Notes: generated by a model not told the origin, from the sequence alone. Shown: positions 9,216 to 19,678, counted from the first letter of the stretch. The stretch is 64,000 bases of DNA from an archaeon (GCA_035290965.1 DATDTD010000071.1:48155-112154); one strand, 5' to 3'. Numbers and translations are program-made.

Positions 9216-12200
9216 TTAGTTCCAACCTATTAGAACATTATAGTCTATACTAACAAGTTTTTTTGTAGGCTGTGATAGAATAGAATAAATTATGTTATAG
9301 TCTTGTCCAATTCTTTTATTACCACCATAACCTAGAATCCAACTGATTCCGGTAGGTTGGAGTGTTTGAATCGCTCCTTGAACAAAAGCTCTTTTTGAGT
9401 TTTCATCTGGGTCATTAGAACCAATATTCATATCACTAAAATAATTCCCTGAAAGGTTCTGAGTGTTAAGTGTTGCACTAAAAATATGAGATTCTCCTGG
9501 CGCTAGAGTTAATGGAACTGAAAGCCCCGAAATGTCTATTTCGGGTGGAGAATTAATGTTAAAAATATTCAAGTCTGCATTGCCAGTATTTGTTATATTA
9601 AAGTCTTGTGAAAGCATTTCCCCTTTTGTTATGCTTCCAAAATCCCATAAAAACGGTTGAATTGAAATGTCCGGGTTTCTAACAATAAAATTGTCCGAAA
9701 CCGCTTCACTGGTTAATACTCCGTCTGTGGCAATTATTTTAATTTTAGCATTATTACTAGGAGTAGCAAAATCAGCATTCCAAGAATAATTAGTGTCTGT
9801 TATGCCTATGGCTAAAGGATTCCAAGTTGCACCATTATCAGAACTGTATTCTAAAACATAAGACAAGTTATCTCCATCAAGGTCACTAGAATTCCAAGTA
9901 ATGGAATTTATGCCAGTCCAAATATCTTCGCTTGTCGGAGAAGTAATAGTTACAGTCGGAGCATTTGAACTTATTTGCCTCTCAGCCTTGATCAGGCCGT
10001 CGTATTTAACAATTACTTTATTAGTGTCAGTGTTGTAAGGGATAGCAAATACAAAAGCCGTTACATTAGTATCAATAGGTGGATTCGCATAGGGCAAAAA
10101 ATTGACGTTAAAATTAATGTCATTTAATACCTGCTCGTTGCTGTCCAAAACTTGGATAGAATAGGGTCCAGCTTCAATTTCGCTAGGATATCCATCAACT
10201 AAATACCATGGATCTAGTTCAACTGTATTATTTTTGTCCACAGTTCCACTCAATAGCAAAACTTGTTCTGGTTCTGTGTGTGGAATCATAAAAAGATTCA
10301 ATAAATGTGTGTATTCATCTTTTGCAATCCACTTTCCTAACTCGCCACTTTGGTAGGACATTAGACTTGCCGCATTGATTCGTTCTTTATTACCACACCA
10401 AGAGTCATTACAATCGACCCAAAAACCGTTCACGATCTGGCCATTTGGATCGGGATTAGGACAACCAGAACATCCTTCTGGCCTGCCACAGTCGCCACCA
10501 ATAGTTATCTCGTCGCATAATCCAAATGTATGACCGACCTCATGAGATGGTGTTACCGCACTTAGTTCGCTTAAAGATGAATTACTTGTTGTTGGGCTAG
10601 AAATGCCAGACCAATTTTGCCAGTAATTACTTAAAAGCCAACCATTAGGAGTAATTCCTACTACTCTGTCGTAAGATTTCAAACCGCCATAAGCCAAGTA
10701 TTCTACAGTATAAAGCCTGTGGAGCGTAAAAATAACTCCCTTATCTGGAATAAACTCCAAGGGACTCAATCGGCCATATATTACAGGATCTTCTCTGTTG
10801 TCAATTGCATTTTCTGGAAGCGGATAAACCGCCTTCATATATTCCTCGCTATGAGAAATAAAAAAATTGAAGAGGTCCCGATCTAATAGTTCCACTGGCA
10901 CGTAAATTACTTTGAACCCGTAAGTTCTTGTTACATTCAAATCTACTGTTTTTGTGTTGTTGTTTTCATTTGTTTCTGATATGCTTGCATAGGGGTCTAC
11001 CATCGCACTTATTTGGTATGTTCCTGACGTTGAATATGGTGTTGGATAGAAATCAATTGTTCTAAAGTCTGCGATTTGATTTGTGTCGTAATAGTCTTGC
11101 CCGTTGTATGATAGCTTTGCTGTTACTACTTTTGGACTGCCCGTGTTTATTACTTTTACTCGCACTACCGTTGCTTTATCAGTGATAAGATTTACATCTT
11201 CAATAACTTGAATTGGTTTTACCCATTCAATGAATAAATCGCCTTCAGGAGCAGCGGTAATCTGGAACTGGTTAGAACTTGCTTGAATGGAGTTTCCATA
11301 ACTGTTCGTAACATTTACATCAACATAATAATCTCCGGGAGAAACATTTGTTGTGTTCCAAGAATAAGAGCAAGTTATTGGATTTGCTGTTACTGGTTGG
11401 AAGGTATCTGGCTGGTTGTCCATTACTGCTCTCACATCATCACCACTCGACAAAAGCATTGCTAAAAGAAAATAAGTTTCATGATTAAAATCGATTGCTT
11501 GACTGGTTATAACACTAATAAATGGGTAAGCATTGGGTAAACTGTTAAAATTAAAATCCGTTGTTACATTAGACCATTGAGACCCATTGTATTTTGCGAC
11601 AAAGCGTATTGGGGGAAATGTAGAACAGATACTATACGCCAGCAAGCCGACTTCCTCCTTTTCTGAAAACCCGTTAAGCGCACTGCCTGTACACCCAGAA
11701 GCAGTTTTTAGAGAAGGTAAATTTGCAACAATGCTGTTTGTTTTAACCCATTGGTTGCTGACTATTTCCCAAGAGCTATTCCCGTCTGATGCTAAAAGAT
11801 AAGGTTTGTCATTGTAATATCCTACAAAATAACTCGCATTTGGAGTTCCGCTCCCAGTAAAAATAAGCGAATTGGAATCCGTTAACCATTGTGAAGTTGC
11901 ATCGTCCCAGCGATATAATCTGTTTGGTGAAGAAACAATTTGCACAAAAACGGAATTGTCATAGTTATAAACGAGCGTAGATGCGAGATTGCCAGTCTGC
12001 CCATAATCTGCAGTATCATACCCTGCAGTTTTATCTTCTTCATAAAATAAGGAATAGGGCGAGTTTAGATAATTTGGAGTTCCATTCTTTTTGATAGAAT
12101 AAACATAAATCGTGTTTTTTCCATAAACCGCCCAAATTCTCCATAACGTGTCGTCATCTTTTTTCACCATAGTTGTATACTCGGCCCGACCCGGAAGATT

Positions 12201-12506
12201 GTTAGGATACAAATTTCCAACATTAACACCAGCATTTTGCCAGACATACCTCGAAGAATAAGTGCAGGAACTTAAATTCAAATCAGCAATAAAATGCTCT
12301 CGCGAACCAGGCGTTCCCCCATAATATAAATTAAAATGCTGGTTCGGATTGTTTGTTGAATCAGAATAAGTCCAAGAAATAGTCTGCGGATTACCTGCAG
12401 TTTCAGGCATAGAACCAACAGCCAAAGTTTGAGAAGAAAAAACACTCGGCAAAAAACAAAAAAAAGCAAACAAAAAAAACAATTGCCAACAAAATATTTT
12501 TTTCAT
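9216..12506 (-). CDS. giant secreted multidomain metzincin-like zinc protease with CARDB/Ig-like domains (copy A). Probable start at the internal Met preceding the signal peptide.
   Basis: Signal peptide MKKIFCWQLFFLFAFFCFLPSVFS. HExxH zinc motif SHEVGHTFGLCDE plus Met-turn SLMSY. CARDB-like block (DLFIEWVKPIQVIEDVNLITDKATVVRVKVINTG…NENNNTKTVDLNV). Paralog of 58685..62632. Confidence 0.8.
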   Translation of the reverse strand: MKKIFCWQLFFLFAFFCFLPSVFSSQTLAVGSMPETAGNPQTISWTYSDSTNNPNQHFNLYYGGTPGSREHFIADLNLSSCTYSSRYVWQNAGVNVGNLYPNNLPGRAEYTTMVKKDDDTLWRIWAVYGKNTIYVYSIKKNGTPNYLNSPYSLFYEEDKTAGYDTADYGQTGNLASTLVYNYDNSVFVQIVSSPNRLYRWDDATSQWLTDSNSLIFTGSGTPNASYFVGYYNDKPYLLASDGNSSWEIVSNQWVKTNSIVANLPSLKTASGCTGSALNGFSEKEEVGLLAYSICSTFPPIRFVAKYNGSQWSNVTTDFNFNSLPNAYPFISVITSQAIDFNHETYFLLAMLLSSGDDVRAVMDNQPDTFQPVTANPITCSYSWNTTNVSPGDYYVDVNVTNSYGNSIQASSNQFQITAAPEGDLFIEWVKPIQVIEDVNLITDKATVVRVKVINTGSPKVVTAKLSYNGQDYYDTNQIADFRTIDFYPTPYSTSGTYQISAMVDPYASISETNENNNTKTVDLNVTRTYGFKVIYVPVELLDRDLFNFFISHSEEYMKAVYPLPENAIDNREDPVIYGRLSPLEFIPDKGVIFTLHRLYTVEYLAYGGLKSYDRVVGITPNGWLLSNYWQNWSGISSPTTSNSSLSELSAVTPSHEVGHTFGLCDEITIGGDCGRPEGCSGCPNPDPNGQIVNGFWVDCNDSWCGNKERINAASLMSYQSGELGKWIAKDEYTHLLNLFMIPHTEPEQVLLLSGTVDKNNTVELDPWYLVDGYPSEIEAGPYSIQVLDSNEQVLNDINFNVNFLPYANPPIDTNVTAFVFAIPYNTDTNKVIVKYDGLIKAERQISSNAPTVTITSPTSEDIWTGINSITWNSSDLDGDNLSYVLEYSSDNGATWNPLAIGITDTNYSWNADFATPSNNAKIKIIATDGVLTSEAVSDNFIVRNPDISIQPFLWDFGSITKGEMLSQDFNITNTGNADLNIFNINSPPEIDISGLSVPLTLAPGESHIFSATLNTQNLSGNYFSDMNIGSNDPDENSKRAFVQGAIQTLQPTGISWILGYGGNKRIGQDYNIIYSILSQPTKKLVSIDYNVLIGWN

Positions 12507-12588
12507 TTTACGCCCCTTTTTTTTATTTCCGCACAAACTATTAGTTCTGGTTTGCATCAAAGATTGCTAGCGAGTTTGTTAATCCTTT

Positions 12589-13434
12589 TTAACAGTCGCT
12601 TGCAGTGATTATTCCTGCGTTAACGTCAATGAAACAGCTTCCTGAATCATTGCCTTTTCTTACAAACAAGGTTTTTGTCAAACCGGCAACAGTGCCAGTG
12701 CTTGTTATTACAGTAAAATTGTTCGCTTTTATTTTGAATGCACTGAACTCTTTGTTCTGGCTTACATTTGTATCACTGTTCAAAGAAATTTTTCCTGTTC
12801 CTGTGGCAGTTATTGCAATGTTACCGTTTATTGCAGCAGAAGTAATTGTTCCGGTTGGAGTCGAAAAATTAATGCTCGTTGCAATATTTGGAGTAGTAAT
12901 AGTTGGAGTAATCGAAAAAACCGGAACAGTTCCAGAACCAGTAACAGTACCCCAAAAAACACTTCCCGCACCATTAACAAGCGCCCTCATCCCACTGGTA
13001 GAAGAAAGAGCAGTCCAAACATTCGGAGAATTTGCAACCAAAACACTGCCAGGATTAACGCTCGACAAGTTTGTTCCACCGGAAGAAACACCAATTTGAC
13101 CCTGTCCGCCTCTGAAATTGTTCGGGCCATCAACAAGAGAACCGTTAACAGATAAGCATAGCCAATAGTCTTGGTTGTAATTGAGGTTTAGTTGGTCTAA
13201 ATCTCCAAGCAACAGATTGAATGTGCTGTCTTGGATAGCGCCTGTGTAATTGTGGTCAAAAAAGACTCCGTTCGAACAAGAGTTTTGATCCGAAATTTTT
13301 ACGCCCAAATCTCCGTTTGACAAGCCTTCTACTTTTCCCTGCAAAGACATTTTCGTAGGCTGAGTTGCTAAAACAAAACTAAAAAAAATCAGGCTAACTC
13401 CAATTAGTGCTAACGCTAAAAAAAACTTTTTCAT
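12589..13434 (-). CDS. secreted Thr/Ser/Gly-rich adhesin-like protein (copy A partner)
   Basis: Signal peptide (MKKFFLALALIGVSLIFFSFVLA). Low-complexity Thr-rich repeats. N-terminal block QDSTFNLLLGDLDQLNLNYNQDYWLCLSVNGSLVDGPNNFRGGQGQIG shared with 63138..64000. Confidence 0.65.
   Translation of the reverse strand: MKKFFLALALIGVSLIFFSFVLATQPTKMSLQGKVEGLSNGDLGVKISDQNSCSNGVFFDHNYTGAIQDSTFNLLLGDLDQLNLNYNQDYWLCLSVNGSLVDGPNNFRGGQGQIGVSSGGTNLSSVNPGSVLVANSPNVWTALSSTSGMRALVNGAGSVFWGTVTGSGTVPVFSITPTITTPNIATSINFSTPTGTITSAAINGNIAITATGTGKISLNSDTNVSQNKEFSAFKIKANNFTVITSTGTVAGLTKTLFVRKGNDSGSCFIDVNAGIITASDC
13091..13302. repeat. ~210-bp segment about 90% identical at nucleotide level to 63787..64000, including a stretch of ~60 identical nt. 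Dispersed repeat inside paralogous genes.
   Basis: Direct comparison of the two regions read from the sequence. Confidence 0.85.
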
Positions 13435-13553
13435 TCAACCAACCCCCAAAAAATTCTTTCAGAGCAAAAACTCAAAAAGAAAAACCCCAAATAGCAGTAA
13501 CAAGAATGAAATTAAAAAGCTTTGCAAGACTACGACAATTGACTAAGTGCGGT

Positions 13554-15341
13554 TTATCGCATCTTTTCTTCCGCAGCCTTTTCCTTGAGCACGCGCAGGA
13601 ATTCTTCTCCGAGCGAGGGGCGGGGAACTTTTCCTGAAACCAAAAAATCCTGGATGGCTTCAAGACAGGCATTGCTTCCGAGGACAGCAGGCATTACAAC
13701 AAGGTCTGCCTTTGCATTGTACAATTCAAGTGCATCCCTGAAATAATGAGCGCGCGCAAAAACAACTGTTTCAGGATTCAGGGATTTTGCACGCTTCACT
13801 AACTGCAAAGTAGCGGCTGCATCCGGAATAGTTACAACAAGAGCCTTTGCATTTTCAATGCAGAGATTTTCCCAGACCTCATTGTTAGTGCGCGAGCCGT
13901 AAACTCCCACAATGCTTTTTTCCGAAAGCCTTTCCAAAACATCGGGATCGTGGTCGACAACAAGAACAGTTTCAGAATTTTTCAGTTCAGTCGCAATGCT
14001 TCCTCCAAAGACTCCTCCGCCCGCAATAATAATATGGTTTTTGAGTTCAAGCGCGGAAGGAAGGGAATTTAATTTTTCAAGTTTGCGCGCAAAAAAATGC
14101 CTGCTCTTTTCAGCATCAAGCCTTGTTTTCTTGAAAAGCCTGTTGAAAAAGCCTGAAATCGCCTCCGAAGAATTCATGAGATAGGGGGTTGCAACCATTG
14201 AAATCAGGATTACCCAGATTGCAATGTTATACATTGAATCAGAAACCTGCCCCAAAGAAAGCCCCTGCCGCGCAATGATAAAAGAAAACTCGCTAGCCTG
14301 CGCAAGAGACAGGCCTACAAACCAGGCAATCTTGTTTCCAAAACCCGAATAAAGAGTAATCAGGTAAAGAATCAGGGGATTGAGAATAAAAACAATTGCA
14401 AGCAGGATTGGGAAAAAAACAAGCGACTGCGCCTGAAAAACAGAAAGATTCAATTGTATTCCCAGAGAAACAAAAAAAACAGTTGCAAACAAATCCCTTA
14501 TGTACTTTATCTGGGAAAGCGCTTCAGTGCTGTAGGAAACACGCGCAAGCGCAAGCCCTCCGATAAAGGCGCCGATTGCAATTGAAAAGTCAACCGCATA
14601 GGCAAAAAACATGAAGAGAAAGCAGACTGAAACAGTTGTAAGGTAAAAAACCTCCTGGTGCTTTGCAGAGGCATGCATTATTACAGGGAAAATCTTTTTG
14701 CTGAAAACAAAAGCAAGCAAAAACAATCCCACTATTCCTAGAAGGAATTTTGCGGCAAGGTCAATGGAAAAAAAAGTAGCGGGATTTGCAAGCAATGGAA
14801 GAGCAATGACTGCAACCATGTCCTGCACAAGCGCAAAGCCTATAATCAATTTTGCCTCTAGAGAAGCAAGCCTGTTTGAATCAGAAAGAATCTTTACAAC
14901 AATCGCAGTGCTGCTGAAGGCAACAATCAGGCCAATGTAAACGCTTTCAATAAGCGGCAATCCCAAAAAATTCATTATTCCCGAAACCAGCAGCGCAGTA
15001 ATTGAAATCTGCGCCAATCCCCCGAGAAGGATTGTTTTTTTGAACTGCCAGATTTTTGAAAAATCAATCTGCATTCCCACAGCAAAAAGAAGGAACGCAA
15101 TTCCGAGCTCTGAAAGAGCTCCGATGTTCTGCGCATCAGGAATAAGATTCAAAAAAATCGGCCCGATTATTATTCCCGCAAGGATATAGCCCACAATGAG
15201 CGGCTGTTTCAGTGCCCTTGCAATGAATGCAAAAACAGTTCCCGCAAGAATAACTATTCCAAGGTCAAAAAGCAGAAAAGGCGCTTCAAGCATGGATAAT
15301 AAAAAAGGCGTTTGACTATTTATAATTATCCTGAAAAACAA
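13554..15341 (-). CDS. kefB: CPA2-family K+/H+ antiporter (Kef-type) with C-terminal TrkA-N (RCK) domain
   Basis: Multi-TM N-terminal half. Rossmann GxGxxG (IIAGGGVFGGSIA) in the C-terminal RCK domain. Confidence 0.8.
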   Translation of the reverse strand: MFFRIIINSQTPFLLSMLEAPFLLFDLGIVILAGTVFAFIARALKQPLIVGYILAGIIIGPIFLNLIPDAQNIGALSELGIAFLLFAVGMQIDFSKIWQFKKTILLGGLAQISITALLVSGIMNFLGLPLIESVYIGLIVAFSSTAIVVKILSDSNRLASLEAKLIIGFALVQDMVAVIALPLLANPATFFSIDLAAKFLLGIVGLFLLAFVFSKKIFPVIMHASAKHQEVFYLTTVSVCFLFMFFAYAVDFSIAIGAFIGGLALARVSYSTEALSQIKYIRDLFATVFFVSLGIQLNLSVFQAQSLVFFPILLAIVFILNPLILYLITLYSGFGNKIAWFVGLSLAQASEFSFIIARQGLSLGQVSDSMYNIAIWVILISMVATPYLMNSSEAISGFFNRLFKKTRLDAEKSRHFFARKLEKLNSLPSALELKNHIIIAGGGVFGGSIATELKNSETVLVVDHDPDVLERLSEKSIVGVYGSRTNNEVWENLCIENAKALVVTIPDAAATLQLVKRAKSLNPETVVFARAHYFRDALELYNAKADLVVMPAVLGSNACLEAIQDFLVSGKVPRPSLGEEFLRVLKEKAAEEKMR

Positions 15342-15424
15342 CTGCGCAATATTCAGCCTGCTGGCATAATCCGTGCTTTTTTATTCTTTTTGCAATAATT
15401 CTTTTGCTATCGGGAGGCTGTTTT

Positions 15425-15880
15425 ATGTTCGGAAAAAGTTCTTCAAAAGGAATTGCGCTTGAAACAACAAAGGCGGGTTTTGCAAAAAACTCTGCAGTCG
15501 AATTTTCATTGAAAAATAATTCTTCAAAAACAATTTTTGTAATGCCGGCTCTTTTCAACGAGCTTTCACTGCAGGGCGAAGTTTCCCAGAAAACAGGCAG
15601 CGGCTTTGTGAAAATTTCTACTTTCAATGCGCAGGCTTCTGCGATAGACAACAAAGAAAGGCAGCCTCTTGAGGCTGTTGAAATTTCCGCAGGAGAATCT
15701 CTTGAAGGAAGCTGGAGCGGGACAGCATACAAAAAAACTGGTTCCGATGCAATAAGCGGCTGGAACAGTTTCCAGGCAACAGGAACATTCAGAATAAAAA
15801 TAGCCTATTACAATTCCGAAGCAGATGCAAAAGCAGGCAAAAAGGCATTGTTTGCCGAAACAGAATTCCAGATAAAATAA
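15425..15880 (+). CDS. hypothetical protein (beta-rich, 151 aa)
   Basis: GGGAGG Shine-Dalgarno 8 nt before the ATG at 15425. A TATA-like TTTATAATTA lies at ~15333. Preferred over the overlapping antisense ORF. Confidence 0.45.
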   Translation: MFGKSSSKGIALETTKAGFAKNSAVEFSLKNNSSKTIFVMPALFNELSLQGEVSQKTGSGFVKISTFNAQASAIDNKERQPLEAVEISAGESLEGSWSGTAYKKTGSDAISGWNSFQATGTFRIKIAYYNSEADAKAGKKALFAETEFQIK

Positions 15881-15890
15881 AAAAGCCGAA

Positions 15891-17252
15891 TCAGATTTTT
15901 TTTATTTTCGTTCCCTCTGGAGTGTCGTCCAGGAAAAATCCTTTCTGCAAAATCTGTTCGCGCAGAGAATCCGCCAACTGCCAGTTTTTTTCACTTCTTG
16001 CTTTTTCTCTTTCATCCGCAAGCTTTTTGATTTCAGAAGGGACTGAAAGCGATTCTTTTTTCAATAAATCAAGCGCAAAAACTTTGTCCATTTCTTTTAT
16101 AGCGCTGATTTTTCCAACTGCTTTTTTGTCTCTCAGCAATGCCCACAAAACAGACAAAGCCTTTGGCATGTCAAGGTCGTTGTTTATTGCGCTTTCAAAT
16201 TTTTTCAGGAAAGCGGAGTTTGTTTTTCCATCATCTTTGAACTCTGAAATAATGTTTTTCATTCTTCCCAAGGAGTTCTGCGCGCCTTCAAGCGCCTGCA
16301 AAGAAAATTCCAATGGATTTCTGTAATGGCTTGTAAGGACAAGATACCTGTAGGAAAGCGGAAGAAAGCCTTTTTCTTCAAGCTCTGAGATAGTGAACAG
16401 GCCGCCTTTCGATTTTGAAATTTTTTCTCCCTTGAAAACAAGGAATGCGCCGTGCACCCAGTAGTTCACGAATTTTTTTCCTGTTGCAGCAGTGCTTTGC
16501 GCGATTTCGTTTGTATGATGAACCTGCAGATGGTCAATGCCTCCTGTATGAATGTCGAAATGCTCTCCAAGATATTTCATTGACATTGCACTGCATTCAA
16601 TATGCCATCCAGGAAATCCAAGTCCAAAAGGAGAATCCCATTCCTGCTGCCTTTTTCCGGGGTGTTCGGAAAATTTCCATAATGCAAAATCAGTAATGTT
16701 TCTTTTTTCCTTCAAAGAAACTCTTTTTCCCGCCTGCAATCCGGATTTTTTCAGGCGAGCGAATTTCGCATAATCCCTGAATTTGGAAGTGTCAAAATAA
16801 ATCCCGTCGCTGGTTTTATAGGCAAAGCCTTTCTTTTCAAGTTTTTTAATAAGCTCAATTTGTTCCTTTATGTGTTCAGTGGCTTTGCACCAAATGGTTG
16901 GCTCTTCAATGTTAAGTTTTTTCAAATCCTGCTGAAAAATTCCGAAATAGTAATCCACTATTTCCTTTGCACTGCGGCCTTCCTTTGCTGCGGCGCTTTC
17001 AATCTTGTCTTCTCCTTCATCAGCATCGCTTGTCAGATGCCCTACATCTGTTACATTCATTACCTGCTTTACCTTGAAGCCGTTGAATTCAAGTGTCCTG
17101 CGCAGGATATCGGAAAAAATGTAAGTGCGCAGGTTTCCAATGTGCTGGAACCAGTAAGCAGTCGGGCCACAGCAATACATTCCTGCATTCTTTGCCTTAA
17201 CCGGCTTGAAAATTTCTTTTTTCCGCGAAAGAGAATTGTAGAGCTTGAGCAA
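15891..17252 (-). CDS. cysS: cysteinyl-tRNA synthetase
   Basis: Class I HIGH-type motif ([17 protein letters not shown]) and KMSKS (KISKSKG). Confidence 0.93.
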   Translation of the reverse strand: MLKLYNSLSRKKEIFKPVKAKNAGMYCCGPTAYWFQHIGNLRTYIFSDILRRTLEFNGFKVKQVMNVTDVGHLTSDADEGEDKIESAAAKEGRSAKEIVDYYFGIFQQDLKKLNIEEPTIWCKATEHIKEQIELIKKLEKKGFAYKTSDGIYFDTSKFRDYAKFARLKKSGLQAGKRVSLKEKRNITDFALWKFSEHPGKRQQEWDSPFGLGFPGWHIECSAMSMKYLGEHFDIHTGGIDHLQVHHTNEIAQSTAATGKKFVNYWVHGAFLVFKGEKISKSKGGLFTISELEEKGFLPLSYRYLVLTSHYRNPLEFSLQALEGAQNSLGRMKNIISEFKDDGKTNSAFLKKFESAINNDLDMPKALSVLWALLRDKKAVGKISAIKEMDKVFALDLLKKESLSVPSEIKKLADEREKARSEKNWQLADSLREQILQKGFFLDDTPEGTKIKKI

Positions 17253-17328
17253 AAAACCACTATTACAAGTAGAATCAAAAATTATTTATAATGCAGTATT
17301 GGGCAAATGGATGCAAAAGCGTGCGCCA

Positions 17329-18714
17329 TTACAGCCGCAGCTCTTTTTTCCAGTGCTCAACAATCTGCACTGTTTTCTTTTCAGCAAAGCCGGTATATTT
17401 TTCAGGATTCTCAAGAATTTCAAGCTGTTTTTTAGAAAACTTTTTCAAAAAAGGCTTCAATGATTCTTCCTGCATAAAAATTTCCTGCAAAGGCTTTTTC
17501 TCAGCCTGGGATTTCAAAGTAAGCTTTCTCACTTCCTCATGCGCATCTGAATGCCCGTGAAAGGCAAGCAGAATGTAAAGCGGCTCTGCAATTAACAAGC
17601 CCTTGCTCTTGTTGAAATTTTCCTGCATGTTTTTTTTGTCAACAGCCATTTTTGCAACAACTTTTTCAAGGCGCTTTGCGCTCAAAATCAATGCGGCAAT
17701 TAGTTCTGGCAAAAATCTCTGCGAAGCGCTGTTAGTCAAATCGCGCTGATGTTCAGAAATTTGATCTAAGTAAACAGTGTTCATGCGCGGCATAAACTGT
17801 TTCCAGAAGCTTTTCACATTTTCAAAATTAATGGGATTTCTTTTCTGCGGCATTGTGCTGCTTCCGACCTGCTTTGCCTCGAACTCTTCCCCAACCTCTG
17901 CAATTTCGCTTCTCTGCAAATTGCGCATATCATCGGAAAAATTTGCAAGCACTCCAAAACAGGAAACGAGCGCATGCATTAAATCAGCCATTGGCTCTGC
18001 TTCCACAATCTGAGTGCTCGAAACGCTTGCCTTCAGGCCGAGCTCCTGCATTATTTCTTTTTCAAATTCAACGGGGTTTTCAAAAAAAAGGCTGCTTGCA
18101 TTATAAGCGCCAACTGCGCCTGAAAATTTTCCGCACAAATTATTTTTTGCATTCTCGATTGCCTTTATCCTGCTGCCAAGCCTGCTTACATAGGAGGCAA
18201 CTGCAAATCCAAAGGTAATTGGTTCAGCATGCTGTCCGTGGGTTCTTCCAATCTGAACTGTTTCTTTTTCCCTCAAAGCAAGCTGCATGAATGTTTTTTC
18301 AAGCTCCAAAAGCGCGGGAATAATTGCCTGCTCTGCAGCATCCTTGAAACGCAGAGCGTTCGCAGTATCGACAATGTCATAGGAAGTTGCGGAAAAATGC
18401 ACAAAGGGCTTTGCTCTTTCGCTTACTTTTGCGCGAATGCAGTTCGCAAGCGCGCGGATGTCATGCTTTATCCTGTCTTCTTCCGCATAAACCTCTTCGG
18501 CAGTAACCTGCAGAGAGGCTTTTTCTATTTCATCAGCAATTTCCTTTGAACAGAGATTTTTTTTTGCAAGGACTTTTACAAGCGCAGCCTCTGTTTTTGC
18601 AAAATATCTTATGCGCGCATTTTCAGAAAGAAAAGGCTTTAAAGATTCAAAGATTTTTGAGTCTCTCCCGTAATAGCGGTAATCGAGAGGGCTGATGTTG
18701 TCGAACAAATCCAT
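17329..18714 (-). CDS. purB: adenylosuccinate lyase
   Basis: Fumarate-lyase signature GSSTMPQKRNPINFEN. Confidence 0.92.
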   Translation of the reverse strand: MDLFDNISPLDYRYYGRDSKIFESLKPFLSENARIRYFAKTEAALVKVLAKKNLCSKEIADEIEKASLQVTAEEVYAEEDRIKHDIRALANCIRAKVSERAKPFVHFSATSYDIVDTANALRFKDAAEQAIIPALLELEKTFMQLALREKETVQIGRTHGQHAEPITFGFAVASYVSRLGSRIKAIENAKNNLCGKFSGAVGAYNASSLFFENPVEFEKEIMQELGLKASVSSTQIVEAEPMADLMHALVSCFGVLANFSDDMRNLQRSEIAEVGEEFEAKQVGSSTMPQKRNPINFENVKSFWKQFMPRMNTVYLDQISEHQRDLTNSASQRFLPELIAALILSAKRLEKVVAKMAVDKKNMQENFNKSKGLLIAEPLYILLAFHGHSDAHEEVRKLTLKSQAEKKPLQEIFMQEESLKPFLKKFSKKQLEILENPEKYTGFAEKKTVQIVEHWKKELRL

Positions 18715-18721
18715 TGAAAGC

Positions 18722-19678
18722 TCACTTTGCCAAAAATTTTTTGTATGCGTTCACGCATTCTTTTATGCTCGGCACTTTCCAGTTTTTTTCTCCTGTCCAT
18801 GCGACTGTAACTGATTTGTACATGTTGCTTACTATTTCAATTAGCTCTTTCGGAAGCGCGGGAGGGACAGTATAATTTCCTTTTCCTTTGCCTTGGGTTT
18901 TTTCCTTTTCAATTATCGCATACCAGGGAGTTTTCTTGTAATAATCCCGCAGAACCTGCTTGCTGATGTGAAAGCCGTTGAACAAAAACCTGTCCTCATC
19001 AAGAGTTCCGGAAACATCCACGAGAATTAATTCGTTTTCAGGATTTAATCCGAATTCTACTTTGCCATCGGCATGCTCAAGCATGATTTTTTTCGCCTTC
19101 CTGTTCAAAAAACCGTTTATTTTCAAAGCCGTTGCTTTCAGTTCTTCAATCTGTTTTTTTGACAGGGCGGAAAGCTGCCTTGCTTCTTCCCATCCCATGT
19201 ATCTGTCTGTTGCCTCCAACTTTGTGCTTACATCCATTATCGGCTTTGAAAGCTTTTCACCGGGAACAGGCTTTTTTTTCAGCCCCAAAGATTTCCAGTC
19301 CAATTGCCCTGAATCAATTCTTTTGAAAACACTGCTTCCCTCAGGGAGAGAATTCCTGTAAATGACTTCAAGCGGAACAAGATAATTTTTCATGCCGGGC
19401 AAAAGCTCGCCTTTCTGCGGATACAAAACGCGCACTAAATCAACTTCCATCTTGCTTCCCGAAACAAGCCGGCGGAAATGGCTTTTTATGCCGAGCTTTT
19501 TCAGCTGCTGGAAATTATATGAAGCCATTCTGCACAATGCCTCTCCCTTCCCTGGAATTTCATCCGGCATTTTTCCATAATCGAAAACACTGTAATCATC
19601 GGTGAAAGTAAAAATTCCCATTCCCGATTCCTTTTCTGTTGCAGGCTTTGTTATTTCCAGATCCTTTACGCTTCCCAA
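18722..19678 (-). CDS. purC: phosphoribosylaminoimidazole-succinocarboxamide (SAICAR) synthase, long form
   Basis: N-terminal SAICAR synthetase motif (GSVKDLEI…FTDDYSVFDYG). 318 aa. Confidence 0.85.
   Translation of the reverse strand: MGSVKDLEITKPATEKESGMGIFTFTDDYSVFDYGKMPDEIPGKGEALCRMASYNFQQLKKLGIKSHFRRLVSGSKMEVDLVRVLYPQKGELLPGMKNYLVPLEVIYRNSLPEGSSVFKRIDSGQLDWKSLGLKKKPVPGEKLSKPIMDVSTKLEATDRYMGWEEARQLSALSKKQIEELKATALKINGFLNRKAKKIMLEHADGKVEFGLNPENELILVDVSGTLDEDRFLFNGFHISKQVLRDYYKKTPWYAIIEKEKTQGKGKGNYTVPPALPKELIEIVSNMYKSVTVAWTGEKNWKVPSIKECVNAYKKFLAK

Noticed and set aside
15316-15732. 138-aa minus-strand ORF overlapping 15404..15880
   Set aside because: The plus-strand ORF has a GGGAGG ribosome-binding site and a non-repetitive, protein-like composition. 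The minus ORF is the antisense shadow.
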